This document shows, one piece after another, positions 30,856 to 40,539 of a DNA stretch of 64,000 nucleotides. A program made the translations under genes and the position numbers. The stretch is from Patescibacteria group bacterium. Lineage in GTDB: Bacteria > Patescibacteriota > UBA1384 > XYA2-FULL-43-10 > 1-14-0-10-43-13. Position 1 is the first letter of the stretch. Every line of letters begins with the position of its first letter. The DNA is taken from the NCBI GenBank assembly GCA_041671645.1, contig JBAZBD010000001.1, forward strand, positions 173,365 through 237,364, written 5' to 3'. Below the pieces are notes generated by a model, which ran no database searches, was not told the origin of the DNA, and was given only the letters and a program-made list of their open reading frames with translations.

Positions 30856-31872
30856 ATGGAAGTCAGAATGCAGAATGATCTATACAAATACTTAGAGAAT
30901 TTAACACCGCTTCGACAAAAGCAATTGCGGCACGCTGTTTTTGTCAATTTAATTGACAACGCTGAGGGCTTAACTACATTTTCCAAAATCGAGCGAGAGA
31001 AAATCAAAGAAGAATTCGTTTTCACTCCTTTTGAAGTTCTAGAGGAACAAACTTCTCGCGATGGCTCGACCAAGTGGGCGTTCAAACTAGCGGACGGTAA
31101 AGTGATCGAAACAGTGCTGATGGAATTTCATGACGGTCGCAACACCGTCTGCGTCTCTTCTCAGGTTGGCTGTCCGTCTGGTTGTCTCTTCTGCGCTACT
31201 GGTCAGCTTGGGTTTATCCGAAATTTGTCTAGTTGGGAAATACTGAGTCAAGCTCTATACGCCGGTAGGAAATTGAAAGCTCAGGACAAGAAGATTACCA
31301 ATATCGTATTTATGGGTATGGGCGAGCCACTTCTGAATTGGGACAACGTCTTGCCTGCGATCAAAGAATTGAATGACCCAGATTATTTCAATCTTGGCAG
31401 ACGTCACATGACTCTCTCGACCTGCGGACCCATCGCGGGGTTGGAGAAATTTATCGAAGCCGAGACCGGCGTGACTTTGGCTATCAGTTTGCATGCACCA
31501 AACCAAATTTTGAGGGAAAAGCTGATGCCGATCGCCAGAAGCAATAAGCTTCCAGATCTCGTAAATATACTTGACAAGTATGTCCGCTCGACACACAAGC
31601 GAGTGAGCTATGAATATCTCTTGCTGGACGGCGTGAATGACACTGATCAGTCTGCGATTGAATTGGCAAATTTGCTCAAAGGCAAGCTAGCTTTTGTAAA
31701 TCTGATAGTCTTCAACCCGATTGAAAAGTCCGCCTTTTCTCCCAGCAAACGCGACCGGGTGGATCGATTTCGAGAGATACTGGAGCGGAATCATATCGAA
31801 GTGACAGTGCGAGTCAGCCTAGGCGATGAAATATCAGCTGCCTGCGGCCAACTGGCCGGCGAGAAAAGTTAA
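30856..31872 (+). CDS. rlmN: Dual-specificity 23S rRNA/tRNA methyltransferase RlmN
   Basis: CVSSQVGC..GC.FCATG, FMGMGEP, SLHAP, AACGQL. Confidence 0.95.
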   Translation: MEVRMQNDLYKYLENLTPLRQKQLRHAVFVNLIDNAEGLTTFSKIEREKIKEEFVFTPFEVLEEQTSRDGSTKWAFKLADGKVIETVLMEFHDGRNTVCVSSQVGCPSGCLFCATGQLGFIRNLSSWEILSQALYAGRKLKAQDKKITNIVFMGMGEPLLNWDNVLPAIKELNDPDYFNLGRRHMTLSTCGPIAGLEKFIEAETGVTLAISLHAPNQILREKLMPIARSNKLPDLVNILDKYVRSTHKRVSYEYLLLDGVNDTDQSAIELANLLKGKLAFVNLIVFNPIEKSAFSPSKRDRVDRFREILERNHIEVTVRVSLGDEISAACGQLAGEKS

Positions 31873-31929
31873 AAGTTTGTAAAGTCTCGGGAACTCTTTT
31901 ATAATGTTGTCAACTAAGGGAAGGTATAT

Positions 31930-32436
31930 ATGCTAGAAGAGAATAAGAAAATTCTTGATAAATTGATGGGTCAGTACAGTGACAATGTTTCTGAACTAAA
32001 GGATCGCAAAGAAGCAGACAAACAGGAGCAGGAGACTTTCGCCAAAACTTTCAACGATTTGAAACACAATGTTATCTGGCCGGTGGTGATCGATATTGGC
32101 AATCAGCTCAATCAATATGGCCAGGATTATAGCATCTCGGAGGACACCGATTTTCTCGACGCGACGGCCAAGTATCATCCTTCCAATATTACAATTTTCA
32201 TCTATCCGAAAGTTGCAGAGAAGGCGATGTATACACCAGAGACGACCCCTTATGTTGCCTTTGTAGCCGACAAATACGCACGAAAAGTTGGAATTTTGGT
32301 CTCGACCATGATGCCTGACGGTTCGGGTGTGACTGGCAGCTATGGCACTTTTGAGCTGAATGTTATCACCAAGGAATTTGTCGAAAAAGAAGTTGTAAAT
32401 GTGCTCAAAGACACGCTGATTTTTCATCAAGAATAG
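31930..32436 (+). CDS. Hypothetical protein
   Basis: 168-aa ORF with RBS. Confidence 0.7.
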   Translation: MLEENKKILDKLMGQYSDNVSELKDRKEADKQEQETFAKTFNDLKHNVIWPVVIDIGNQLNQYGQDYSISEDTDFLDATAKYHPSNITIFIYPKVAEKAMYTPETTPYVAFVADKYARKVGILVSTMMPDGSGVTGSYGTFELNVITKEFVEKEVVNVLKDTLIFHQE

Positions 32437-32511
32437 AAGTATTGCAAAATTGTCCCGCTGTTTGGAAAATAAAATAACGAGATAATTTTACAATTTTGAT
32501 TTGGAGGAATT

Positions 32512-32904
32512 ATGGAGCTAGACACAATTCGCAAGAGGATAGAGCAATTGGCCAAACTAAAAGAAGAGATCAAGATACAGAAAGAGTTGCTCAAGGGCGA
32601 ACTCGAAAATGAAGAGGAATATTTGAAGGTAGCCGAAGAAGCGAAGGCGGCCAATCAGAAGAAGAAGATAATCAGAGATGAGATCCTAGGCCGTGGGCCA
32701 AATCAGGAAACTTTAGCCAAGATCAAAGATGACAACGAGGAAATCTCAACTCTCAAGGAGATTCTTTCGGCCGAGCTAGTTCAAATTTTCCATGAGAATA
32801 ATACTGATGAGATCGCTGGTCAGAAGATCAAGGTCATCGGCACCCTTGTGCCAAACGCAAAGCAGTATGACAAGAAAAATTTCTCGGGATCATACGGTGA
32901 GTAA
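32512..32904 (+). CDS. Hypothetical coiled-coil protein
   Basis: GGAGG RBS; 130 aa, E/K-rich. Confidence 0.7.
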   Translation: MELDTIRKRIEQLAKLKEEIKIQKELLKGELENEEEYLKVAEEAKAANQKKKIIRDEILGRGPNQETLAKIKDDNEEISTLKEILSAELVQIFHENNTDEIAGQKIKVIGTLVPNAKQYDKKNFSGSYGE

Positions 32905-32947
32905 AGTCTCGGATTAAGCTCGGATAATATTTGAAAATAATGCAGTC

Positions 32948-33024
32948 TGGGACTAAATAATATCATACTATACCATATTATTTAGTCCCATATGCTTGAC
33001 AAGTTGTGATCTGGTTGATATAAT
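32948..33024 (+). promoter_or_regulatory. Perfect 16-bp inverted repeat followed by a consensus sigma70 promoter
   Basis: TGGGACTAAATAATAT-N11-ATATTATTTAGTCCCA (32948-32990); TTGACA 32996-33001, N17, TATAAT 33019-33024. Confidence 0.85.
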
Positions 33025-33029
33025 TGCTT

Positions 33030-33546
33030 AATTTAGTACATTAAAAACTTGAGTTAGAGGGAACGAGATGGGGAGCGGAATTATATTTACCCCGATATAA
33101 TTTCAAAGAGAAATAATTTTTAAAATATATGGTTATTTCCCCCAGCTCGTTCCAACTAAAACAAAAATAACAAGCTATAAGGAATAGCAAGAAAACAAAA
33201 AGCCCATCCTTCGCATAAAGCTACGGAGGGCAAGAAGGAACAAAAACAAAATGCATTTAGACCAGGCTTAAATTAAATAATCATAACGCCTGACAAGATC
33301 TAATACGCAACCAATCAAAAAATTCTCCTATACATTGATAAAATATCAAGGAGGGGAGAAATCAGCATTAGAGACCTAGACCCACTCTCTTAAGGGATGC
33401 AAATCTCTTGGGGGAATCCAAAGTCGAAGCCTCTAAAAACGGGCATAAATGATGAAGCCGCAACATTATTAAAATATTGATTTGCGATCAGTCTTCAAAT
33501 CATTTCTGCCCAAACTAATAAGCCCAGTCGAAAGATTGGGTTTTTT
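33030..33546 (+). ncRNA. Candidate non-coding RNA: array of 7 hairpins with A/C-rich linkers
   Basis: No ORF >=60 aa; consensus promoter upstream and intrinsic terminator at 33521-33546; stems read by eye. Confidence 0.6.
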
Positions 33547-33667
33547 AGTTGCCAAAAATATGGATTAAGCTTGCATAAATCATATTTTTGTGTCATATTG
33601 CGGGCAGAAGTTAGGCCACAATAGTGTGAGTCTAATTTAGTTTTCGCGCACCATAAAGGAGGACGCG

Positions 33668-35074
33668 ATGTCATTGTATAAGTTTGATTTCCCCAAAGGG
33701 GGAAAAGTCATCGAGGGTAAGACGAAGGCTCTTTACGAAGTGCTGGATTATCCCGGATTATTGATCGCTGAGTATAAGTCAGACATTACTGCGTTTGACG
33801 ATCCACGTTTTACAACGGTGTTTGGCACCAAAGCTCGCGATTCCAATGCAGTGACCTGCAGGATCTTCGAACTTTTGCAACAAGCCGGCTTGCCGGTTGC
33901 CTATCTTGGAAAGTTGTCAGAGACAGAATTTGTTGCTCCGCGTGTCCAGATGGCGCCGGTGGAACTCATCACCCGTCGCTTTGTTCACCCCAAGGGCAGC
34001 ATTCGGAAACGTCGACCCGAGTTGCCACCGCATTATCGCTTTGGCGAGCTGACATTCGAAGTTTGTCTGAAGACGCATAATGGTGGCAAGTATACCAACA
34101 TTTTTGGCGCAGAGGTCGATCTGGCCCTGCCGCGTGTCGATGACAAACCTACTGATGATCCGATGGTGTTAAACCCACTTGCTGACGAGTGGAAACTGAT
34201 TGGCAAGAGCCCGCTCTATGATCCAGAGGTCATAGCTACTGTCAAACGCGACGAAGTTTTGCACGGCGTCGACGAGATTACAGAATACCGCCGTTTACTC
34301 CATGCTGCCTTCCTGATCATCGAAGCATTCTTCAAATTGATCGGATGGACGACTTATGACCTTAAGGTCGAGTGCGGAAGACTGAAAGAAGACTTTCAGC
34401 CGGAGGTCGGTCCGCTCCTAAAAGCGGGGACGATCGTCATCGCTGATGTAATCGACCATGACTCCTGGAGAGTATTGGACGAATCTGGCCGTGAAATGTC
34501 TAAGCAAGTTTTTCGTGACATGATCTTGGCTGGCAAACTGGATCAGGATGAGATCGCCCAGATCTACTCTTCCGTCGTCAGAGCCGTCGAGAACTTTCGG
34601 GTTCAAGAACAGGCGCTCGTGCTCTGGCGCGGCTCGGAGGATGATAATTTTCCGGATCTTCAACTCAATGGATCGATGGGCCGGCTCGATCTGAACAATT
34701 TGCCTGGTATCAAGGTAGAACGCATCACCGGCTCCGGTCACAAGCAGACTATAGCTTGTCTGGATCGTCTAAACGCGTTACAGGCACGCTACAAGTATGG
34801 TGCGATTATTGTCGAGGTCGGTCGTAGCAACGGTCTCGGCCCGACACTGGCTGCTCACACAATCTGGCCTGTCATTTCCCGGCCCGCTTCACTTGAGAAG
34901 TGCCCCGGAGATATCTGGAGCAACCTGCGTTGTCCAAGCAACGATCCGATGGCGACAATCATCGACAAGGGGAATGCGGTTCTTTTCGCCCTCCGGCAGC
35001 TGGCACCGTTGAATCCCTACGTCGCCGCCTGGCTCCAATACGGCGTAGAGCAACTCGAAGCGACGCCAGTATAA
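33668..35074 (+). CDS. purC: Bifunctional SAICAR synthetase / AIR carboxylase (PurC-PurE fusion, PAICS-type)
   Basis: EGKTK, ADVIDHDSWR, KQVFRD (PurC); SGHK, GRSNGLGP, PVIS.P, DIWSNLRCPS (class II PurE). Confidence 0.88.
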   Translation: MSLYKFDFPKGGKVIEGKTKALYEVLDYPGLLIAEYKSDITAFDDPRFTTVFGTKARDSNAVTCRIFELLQQAGLPVAYLGKLSETEFVAPRVQMAPVELITRRFVHPKGSIRKRRPELPPHYRFGELTFEVCLKTHNGGKYTNIFGAEVDLALPRVDDKPTDDPMVLNPLADEWKLIGKSPLYDPEVIATVKRDEVLHGVDEITEYRRLLHAAFLIIEAFFKLIGWTTYDLKVECGRLKEDFQPEVGPLLKAGTIVIADVIDHDSWRVLDESGREMSKQVFRDMILAGKLDQDEIAQIYSSVVRAVENFRVQEQALVLWRGSEDDNFPDLQLNGSMGRLDLNNLPGIKVERITGSGHKQTIACLDRLNALQARYKYGAIIVEVGRSNGLGPTLAAHTIWPVISRPASLEKCPGDIWSNLRCPSNDPMATIIDKGNAVLFALRQLAPLNPYVAAWLQYGVEQLEATPV

Positions 35075-35086
35075 GACATAATCAAC

Positions 35087-35147
35087 CAAGATCCGAGAGC
35101 GGATCGCAATGAGTAATTATTACTCAAGCGGTTCGCTCTTTTTAGTT
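35087..35147 (+). terminator. Repeated long terminator hairpin, copy 1
   Basis: CAAGATCCGAGAGCGGATCGC..GAGTA-loop-TACTC AAGCGGTTCGCTCTTTTTAGTT; near-identical to 37112-37171. Confidence 0.8.
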
Positions 35148-35222
35148 GCCAAAAATAATAGTTGTGGTACGATATCTGGCAATAGCAGATCTCATGCTAA
35201 ATCTTGCAAAGGAGGTAAGTCC

Positions 35223-35450
35223 GTGCTTATCTCAATAACCGATCGCATCGGCTCCGCTGTAGTTCGGGGCATGATCTCCGATCATAATCCTCCGCCAAAG
35301 CCAGAGGCTACCTCTGGCGCAAAGTTTCAGGTCGGGAACGACCCCATTACCGCAGAAGTTCTGCGCAGTATGAAGCAGAATCAAAACCGAGTCCGTCACG
35401 TTGAGGACCCAGATGATGGAAGACATTCCTCGTTACTGATGTGCAAGTAG
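35223..35450 (+). CDS. Small hypothetical protein
   Basis: AAAGGAGG RBS before GTG 35223; hairpin follows. Confidence 0.55.
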   Translation: MLISITDRIGSAVVRGMISDHNPPPKPEATSGAKFQVGNDPITAEVLRSMKQNQNRVRHVEDPDDGRHSSLLMCK

Positions 35451-35595
35451 TGCTAAGCCCACCGGTGTTGTCTGATACGATAGCGCCGGTTTTTATTTGC
35501 ATTTTTTGTGCGTAATCGTTATAACGGTCTCATTGCAGGCGCTCGCAAGCAAAATACCAGAGCGCAAAATTTTCTGTACAAAAGGGGAACATATT

Positions 35596-37104
35596 ATGCA
35601 AGAACGGTATGCAGACACCAGAATCGAGCGAATCTGGAGTAACGAAGAGCTACTGCTTGGTTGGCAGACTGTCGAAAAAGCGTTAATCCAAGCTCGTTTC
35701 AATCTAAAACTGATGCCCGAGGTTGATTTTCGGGCGATCATGGAAGCTTTAGACTCAACACCGCCTAATGTTGATTGTTGGAAAGATTGGGACAATAGAC
35801 TGCATCATGACTTAAATGCTGCTCTCAAGGAGCGGATGCGTTTCATTCCTGGCGATCTTCAGCGTTGGTACCATAGTGGTATCACAAGTTATGATACTGA
35901 AGAGGCGGCGATGTTGCGCAAGATCATTATGGCGATCGAAATTTATGAAGCAGAGGTTGTTGAACTTTTAGGAGTAATCAAATCTCAAGCTTTAAAATAT
36001 CGATACACACCCATGATGGGTGTGACGCATGGACAGTGGGCTGACCCTCAATCATTCGGAAAGAGATTAGCTTGTTGGCATCAAGAGCTACAGATGGGGC
36101 TTACTTTACTTCGAGAGTTGAAGTTAAAACTCATCTATTCGAAAATGTCTGGTTTTGTCGGAAACTACACCGAAATAACACCTGAGATTGAAAAAGAGGC
36201 TCTGAGAATCCTCGGATTCAAACCCTATTATGGTGCAACTCAGATCGTACCTCGAACATTGTATGTTCCGGTGGCTTCAACGATTGGCATGATGTCGAAA
36301 ACAATCGCTAATATTGCGATGACCATCAGACTCGGAGCGAGAAGCGCTTCCGTTCTATATCATGAGCCGTTTGGCAAGCAACAAACCGGTTCGACAGCTG
36401 GTCCGCACAAGCGGAATACGATCAACGATGAAAAAGCTGGTGGCATGGATATCATGATCACCAAATACATCGAGATGATCATAGCGTGTTGTGGGACCTG
36501 GGAGGAGCGGGATATCGCTCACTCGTCTGTCGAAAGAAACGCGTGGCCGGACTTATTTCACGCCAGCATCCATCAGGCGAAAGTCATGACCAAAATGATT
36601 GGAGGCTTGGTTGTCTATCCCAAGAACATGATGCTCGAAATTGTGAAGACCAACGGTTGTTACGCGGCGAACGTCGCCAAAGAGCAATTAAAGGAGTGGG
36701 GCGAATCGTATGGCTTGAGCGCTGCTGATTGCTACAAAATCTTTCAACTGGCAGCTTTTAATCTCAGCTGTCCGATACAAGATGAAGATATCGGCAACGA
36801 TCCTGGTTTGATGGATGCGACATTGCGAAGCATCGAGCAGGAAGACTGTTCGGGCCATGCCCGGCGTAATATCCAATATCATATCTCTCTGGGCGAGCTT
36901 GAGCCAAGCGGCGTGCTTGATATTACGGATGAGACAATCAAAGTTTGGAATACCAAGCTTCGGGCGATCTTTGACAGCGTCGAGGTCAACGAGCGTTGGG
37001 ACGAGGTCTTCTCGCTCAAATATCTACTACGCAATGAAGCCAAGATCTTCGAGGAGGTATTTCCGGAACCTGAAGCCCATGAGGAATATGTACCTGGAGC
37101 GTAA
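35596..37104 (+). CDS. purB: Adenylosuccinate lyase (divergent)
   Basis: HHD, H.GITSYD, GVTHGQ.A.P, SGFVGNY, GST.GPHKRNT, EERDIAHSSVER. Confidence 0.88.
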   Translation: MQERYADTRIERIWSNEELLLGWQTVEKALIQARFNLKLMPEVDFRAIMEALDSTPPNVDCWKDWDNRLHHDLNAALKERMRFIPGDLQRWYHSGITSYDTEEAAMLRKIIMAIEIYEAEVVELLGVIKSQALKYRYTPMMGVTHGQWADPQSFGKRLACWHQELQMGLTLLRELKLKLIYSKMSGFVGNYTEITPEIEKEALRILGFKPYYGATQIVPRTLYVPVASTIGMMSKTIANIAMTIRLGARSASVLYHEPFGKQQTGSTAGPHKRNTINDEKAGGMDIMITKYIEMIIACCGTWEERDIAHSSVERNAWPDLFHASIHQAKVMTKMIGGLVVYPKNMMLEIVKTNGCYAANVAKEQLKEWGESYGLSAADCYKIFQLAAFNLSCPIQDEDIGNDPGLMDATLRSIEQEDCSGHARRNIQYHISLGELEPSGVLDITDETIKVWNTKLRAIFDSVEVNERWDEVFSLKYLLRNEAKIFEEVFPEPEAHEEYVPGA

Positions 37105-37111
37105 TTCTAAA

Positions 37112-37171
37112 CAAGATCCGAGGGCGGATCGCAGAGAGTATACATACTCAAGCGGTTCGCTCTTTTTAGTT
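37112..37171 (+). terminator. Repeated long terminator hairpin, copy 2
   Basis: Same as 35087-35147 with changes confined to loop, bulge and one wobble position. Confidence 0.8.
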
Positions 37172-37876
37172 CAAATGTAGAATATTTTCGATATATTTCT
37201 TCATTTTTATTTGGTCTTCGATGCTGTTGCCGACTTCGATTGCGGCATACGGAGCGAAATATTTCGGATAATATCGTTTGAGATAATCCATTTGTTTCAA
37301 ATCATCCATATAGTGACGGTCGTTGGTCCAAAAATCGTATTCAGGAATGAACATCTTAGCATCGGCTATAGCGCTCATATGGATGGCGCCAATTTTGTAT
37401 TTCTCGGCAATACCGATATTTATCTCATAACCAGGTAGATTTTGTAATCTGACACTCTCTAAGTGAGAAAGATCGAGACAGACGCCGGCAAAACCCTCGA
37501 GATCTTCGGCGGTCAAACCCTGTACGAAGGCACGGCCAGCATTTTCGATGTAAATCATATTTTTGTATTTGTCCAAGTCGTGGATTATCGGCCAGTCGAT
37601 GGTCGGATGCAGATTGACGGCCTTGGTACCAAAATTTCTGATCATAAAATCTAATTCGTTGGGATGCATATCAGAGCGGATATGAGCAAATGGGATCGAA
37701 ACTGGGCCGAGTTCCTTCACTATTGTTTTGAATAATTCTTCTCGTTCTTCTTGGCTATTGATACAGTTTGGGAAAAGAGCGAATTCCTTGATCTCAAATT
37801 TTTTCAGATCGCCAACATTTTTTCGCCAGTCAGGATTATTTAACGTTGTGAGTGAGACTAATATTTTCGTTTTCAT
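37166..37876 (-). CDS. Hypothetical protein, probable xylose isomerase/AP endonuclease 2-like TIM barrel
   Basis: NLHP, YIEN, CLDLSH, IH.S, DRH, AIE metal-ligand pattern. Confidence 0.55.
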   Translation of the reverse strand: MKTKILVSLTTLNNPDWRKNVGDLKKFEIKEFALFPNCINSQEEREELFKTIVKELGPVSIPFAHIRSDMHPNELDFMIRNFGTKAVNLHPTIDWPIIHDLDKYKNMIYIENAGRAFVQGLTAEDLEGFAGVCLDLSHLESVRLQNLPGYEINIGIAEKYKIGAIHMSAIADAKMFIPEYDFWTNDRHYMDDLKQMDYLKRYYPKYFAPYAAIEVGNSIEDQIKMKKYIENILHLN

Positions 37877-37950
37877 AATAAGTATTAAAGCAAAAAGACG
37901 AGCCATCAGCAACCTTCCAAAATCGTTTTTTAGCTGTTAGAATTCCTAAG

Positions 37951-39945
37951 ATGACTAACTTATTGGAAAACCTAAACAAACCGCAGCAAGAGGCTGTTTT
38001 GGCGACGGAGGGGCCTGTCTTGGTCTTGGCTGGAGCGGGATCTGGCAAGACGAAGGCGCTGACTCACCGGATCGCATATTTGATTCGCGAGAAGCATGTC
38101 TCGCCCTATTCTGTCTTGGCTGTCACCTTCACGAATAAGGCAGCAGCCGAGATGCAATCTCGTGTTTCGAGTTTGCTCTCTGGGAATAAGGAATTAGGAA
38201 TTATGAATAAGGGAAGTGAAAACCCTAATTCCTACTCCGATATTCCTAATTCGGCGGATGCATTCCGTCTACCTTGGATGGGGACTTTTCACTCCATTTG
38301 TGTTCGGATTTTGCGGCGCGAAGCTGATTTTGTCGGGTATTCTAGAAGCTTCACCATTTACGATTCACAGGATTCGCTTTCGGTGATCAAGAAGATTATG
38401 AAGGAGCAAAATGTCGATCCGAAACATTTCAATCCCAATTCCGTCCAGTATTTCATTTCCGGTGCCAAGAACGAGCTGATCGATTCGGCCGGTTACAAAA
38501 AGTATATCAACTCTCCGTTCGAGGCGGTCACCAGCAAAGTTTACGAGCGCTACGAGAAGTACTTGCGCGAAGCAAATGCGATGGATTTTGACGATCTGAT
38601 CATGCAATGTGTCTTCTTGTTTCAAAAAAATCCGGCTATTTTGGAAAAATATCAAAATTTATTTCGCTATATTCTAGTTGACGAGTACCAGGACACCAAC
38701 CAAGCACAGTATTTGTGGGCAAAGTTGTTGGCCGAGAAGCACAAGAATATTATGGTGGTGGGTGACGATTATCAATCTATTTACAGTTGGCGCGGTGCGA
38801 ATTTCAAGAATATTTTGAATTTTGAGCGTGATTACAAAAACGCGGTCGTGGTCAAATTGGAGCAAAATTATCGCTCGACCAAGACGATCCTGGATGCGGC
38901 CAACGAGGTGATCAAATACAACGAGAACAAGACCGACAAGAAACTCTGGACCGAGAAGGAAGAAGGCGCCGCAATCACGGTTTACGAGGCACTAAACGAA
39001 AAAGATGAGGCAGAATTCTTGGCCATGGAGATTAGATCGATGCGTAATCGCGGTATGGATTACAACGACTTTGCAGTTCTGTACCGGACGAATGCTCAAT
39101 CTCGTGCGGTCGAGGAAGTTTTCTTGCGTTTCAAAATGCCATATCGAGTTGTCGGCGGTCTTCGCTTTTACGAACGCAAAGAGATCAAGGATATGATTTC
39201 ATATTTGAGATTGATGTCCAATCCTGCTGACCACGAAGCCTTGAGCAGAATCGTCTCGTCTCCGCCGAGAGGAATTGGCGACAAAACACTCGAGCAAATT
39301 CGCGGATTTCGCTATGACGATCCGGAAGAGAAATTGATGAGCTTGCCCAAGAAAGTCCAGGATTTCTATAAAGTGTTGAAGGATTTGTCGCTTGCTTCGT
39401 TGACTGCTTCGCTCGATCAATTAATTATCAAAATTGCAGAGAGAACTGGTTTCAAAGAATATTTGCTCGACGGCACCCCGGAGGGAGAAGCGAGATGGGA
39501 AAACGTCGAAGAGCTCTCCACCGTAGCGGAGCAAGCCGAGGCCAATCATGAAATTAAAAAAGATCTTCAAGACGAAAACGACGACGTTGATCGTACAGTT
39601 CTGGAAGAGTTTCTAGAACAAGTTGCGTTGGTCCAAGATACCGATCAAATGAACGAGGGCGACGGTGTCGTCACTCTAATGACTTTGCACTCTGCCAAAG
39701 GACTAGAATTCAGCGTCGTATTTATCGTCGGCGCCGAAGAAGGAATATTTCCACATTCTCGCTCCCTCATGGACGCGTCCGAGATGGAGGAAGAGCGTCG
39801 CTTGGCTTATGTTGGCATCACTCGCGCCAAGGAGCGGCTCTATATGATCCATGCAGGAGAGCGCAACATTTATGGCCGTTTCCAATCAAATCCAAGATCT
39901 CGTTTCATCGATAATATTCCGGAACATTTACTGGATCAGATTTAA
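37951..39945 (+). CDS. pcrA: ATP-dependent DNA helicase PcrA/UvrD
   Basis: AGAGSGKT, VDEYQDTN, VGDDYQSIY, QNYRST, HSAKGLEF, EERRLAYVGITRA. Confidence 0.96.
   Translation: MTNLLENLNKPQQEAVLATEGPVLVLAGAGSGKTKALTHRIAYLIREKHVSPYSVLAVTFTNKAAAEMQSRVSSLLSGNKELGIMNKGSENPNSYSDIPNSADAFRLPWMGTFHSICVRILRREADFVGYSRSFTIYDSQDSLSVIKKIMKEQNVDPKHFNPNSVQYFISGAKNELIDSAGYKKYINSPFEAVTSKVYERYEKYLREANAMDFDDLIMQCVFLFQKNPAILEKYQNLFRYILVDEYQDTNQAQYLWAKLLAEKHKNIMVVGDDYQSIYSWRGANFKNILNFERDYKNAVVVKLEQNYRSTKTILDAANEVIKYNENKTDKKLWTEKEEGAAITVYEALNEKDEAEFLAMEIRSMRNRGMDYNDFAVLYRTNAQSRAVEEVFLRFKMPYRVVGGLRFYERKEIKDMISYLRLMSNPADHEALSRIVSSPPRGIGDKTLEQIRGFRYDDPEEKLMSLPKKVQDFYKVLKDLSLASLTASLDQLIIKIAERTGFKEYLLDGTPEGEARWENVEELSTVAEQAEANHEIKKDLQDENDDVDRTVLEEFLEQVALVQDTDQMNEGDGVVTLMTLHSAKGLEFSVVFIVGAEEGIFPHSRSLMDASEMEEERRLAYVGITRAKERLYMIHAGERNIYGRFQSNPRSRFIDNIPEHLLDQI
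38183..38252. repeat. In-frame bipartite heptamer element in pcrA
   Basis: (GGAATWA)x4-GGG..CCC-(TAATTCC)-like x4, complementary arms; encodes NKELGIMNKGSENPNSYSDIPNS. Confidence 0.85.
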
Positions 39946-39987
39946 GCATTCATTTACATGCAAATTATTTAGTTCTATAATTATACC

Positions 39988-40262
39988 AATAGCATCTGGG
40001 GAGGGTTGCCTTTCCTTACGATGGTGTACTTAAAGTAATCCAGACGATTGAAACGGCTGAAACGATCTCCAATCTTCACTCACATCCATTAATGGAGGGG
40101 GGAGACTGATCAGACAGATATTCTCACCGCTTTAGCGAAACGAAGCAATTTCGAACCTATTTGGTTCTGCCTATGCTTTCGTATTATTTTAATGAACTGT
40201 CAGAAGGTAAGCTTCTAGTTTTAAAGAAGCTTGAAAAAGGAAGGTTTCCTATTTTGTGTTTT
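39988..40262 (+). ncRNA. Candidate structured RNA between pcrA and the G5/transglycosylase gene
   Basis: Promoter TTTACA(39953)-N17-TATAAT(39976); closing helix GCCTTTCCTT/AAGGAAGGT; several internal hairpins; no convincing ORF. Confidence 0.4.
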
Positions 40263-40462
40263 GCGACTATTCTATAATCATTTTTTGTACTTAATTTTGT
40301 ATTAAATTATCAGTCTCTATATTTGCCATAGCATTATGTTGTTGGTAAAATATTGGCATAGATTTCGGGGAGGGTTGTCGAACGTTTTCGGCTGTATATA
40401 GCTAAATGCGCTCCACATTCCTATTTTGCATTTGTTAATAATTGTTGTTCCTCTTTCTCCCG

Positions 40463-40495
40463 CCCCACCCGTCCTCCCCTCGGGCAGGGGAGGAG
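40463..40495. repeat. REP-like GC-rich palindrome
   Basis: CCCCACCCG TCCTCCCCT-CGGGC-AGGGGAGGA. Confidence 0.6.
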
Positions 40496-40539
40496 CCGTT
40501 TGACTAGTTTTGGCATTGTAGTAGAATGGTAAGTAATAT

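Noticed and set aside
33030-33546. CRISPR array, tmRNA or RNase P interpretation
   Set aside because: No repeated direct-repeat sequence, no tRNA-like ends or tag ORF, and no GAGGAAAGUCC motif
40060-40125. c-di-AMP (ydaO) riboswitch before the Rpf-like gene
   Set aside because: Only GCTGAA and a G-run resemble it; the second symmetric half of the consensus is missing
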